From NCBI RefSeq assembly GCF_006345805.1, contig NW_021829863.1:1-5732 (forward strand): a DNA stretch of 5,732 nt, written 5' to 3'. The stretch's first letter is position 1; every line of letters begins with the position of its first letter. Origin of the DNA: Octopus sinensis (lineage: Eukaryota). A program made the translations under genes and the position numbers. Positions 5,428-5,732 of this stretch are shown piece after piece. The notes beneath the pieces were generated by a model. It searched no databases. It saw only the letters and a program-made list of their open reading frames with translations, and had not been told where the DNA came from.

Positions 5428-5732
5428 GAGCGCTGGATTAACCATTAGGCAAAATAAGCACGTGTTTAGGGCATCATGGGAAGGAGGGGTCACCACAGAA
5501 ATGGGAAATGGTTTACGGCACAAAAGAAATCACTTTAAACTTGCTAAAATATTATTCGGGATGTTTTTATCTCTACTAAGCATAGATGCAGACGTGTTAC
5601 CTAAGATTAATTTTGAGGATCTGATCAAAGACTGCAATTCAAAACAGTAGGAGGAAACTTTTCAAATATAAATAAGATGGAATTCTACAAAAATAAACTT
5701 TATTTTTCATCTTACTGTTTTGTTTTGTTTTG
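5428..5732 (+). mobile_element. Probable non-autonomous hAT element: terminus-like sequence joined to the transposase C-terminus
   Basis: LSLLSIDADVLPKINFEDLIKD, then after a 2-nt deletion AIQNSRRKLF (about 5567-5675), resembles the hAT C-terminal dimerisation domain end (LSLLSIE..FDDII.DFA.KKSR). (c)AGCGCTGGATTAACCATTAGGC at 5428 resembles hAT termini I recall. The right end lies outside the window. Confidence 0.6.

Noticed and set aside
5364-5428. Possible 42-nt micro-exon (T10-gtaatag acceptor, gtatag donor)
   Set aside because: The donor is weak, and the same bases are better explained as the antisense PLE RT motif.

Overview
AT-rich, non-genic eukaryotic DNA made almost entirely of transposable-element debris and microsatellites. 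The SINE sequences look like Octopus (coleoid cephalopod) repeats; this is recognised from memory, not from a search. No intact gene is present, and most tracked ORFs are microsatellite or SINE artefacts. Contents: three copies of a tRNA-headed SINE with an internal microsatellite (family 1); nine full or partial copies of a second tRNA-SINE superfamily (family 2); one TSD-flanked poly(A) SINE (family 3); a frameshifted mariner transposase N-terminal fragment; a probable internally deleted hAT element; and putative Penelope-like (PLE) 3' termini abutting (TA)n arrays. Three things are not visible in the ORF track. First, a decayed PLE-type reverse transcriptase on the minus strand (about 4030-5425) reads through only after the nested SINEs are removed. 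Second, there is a near-perfect 185-bp palindrome with a template-switch-like junction. Third, SINEs sit in the tails of same-subfamily copies. I find no support for a genuinely new biological system; the interest is in TE nesting and fold-back structure.
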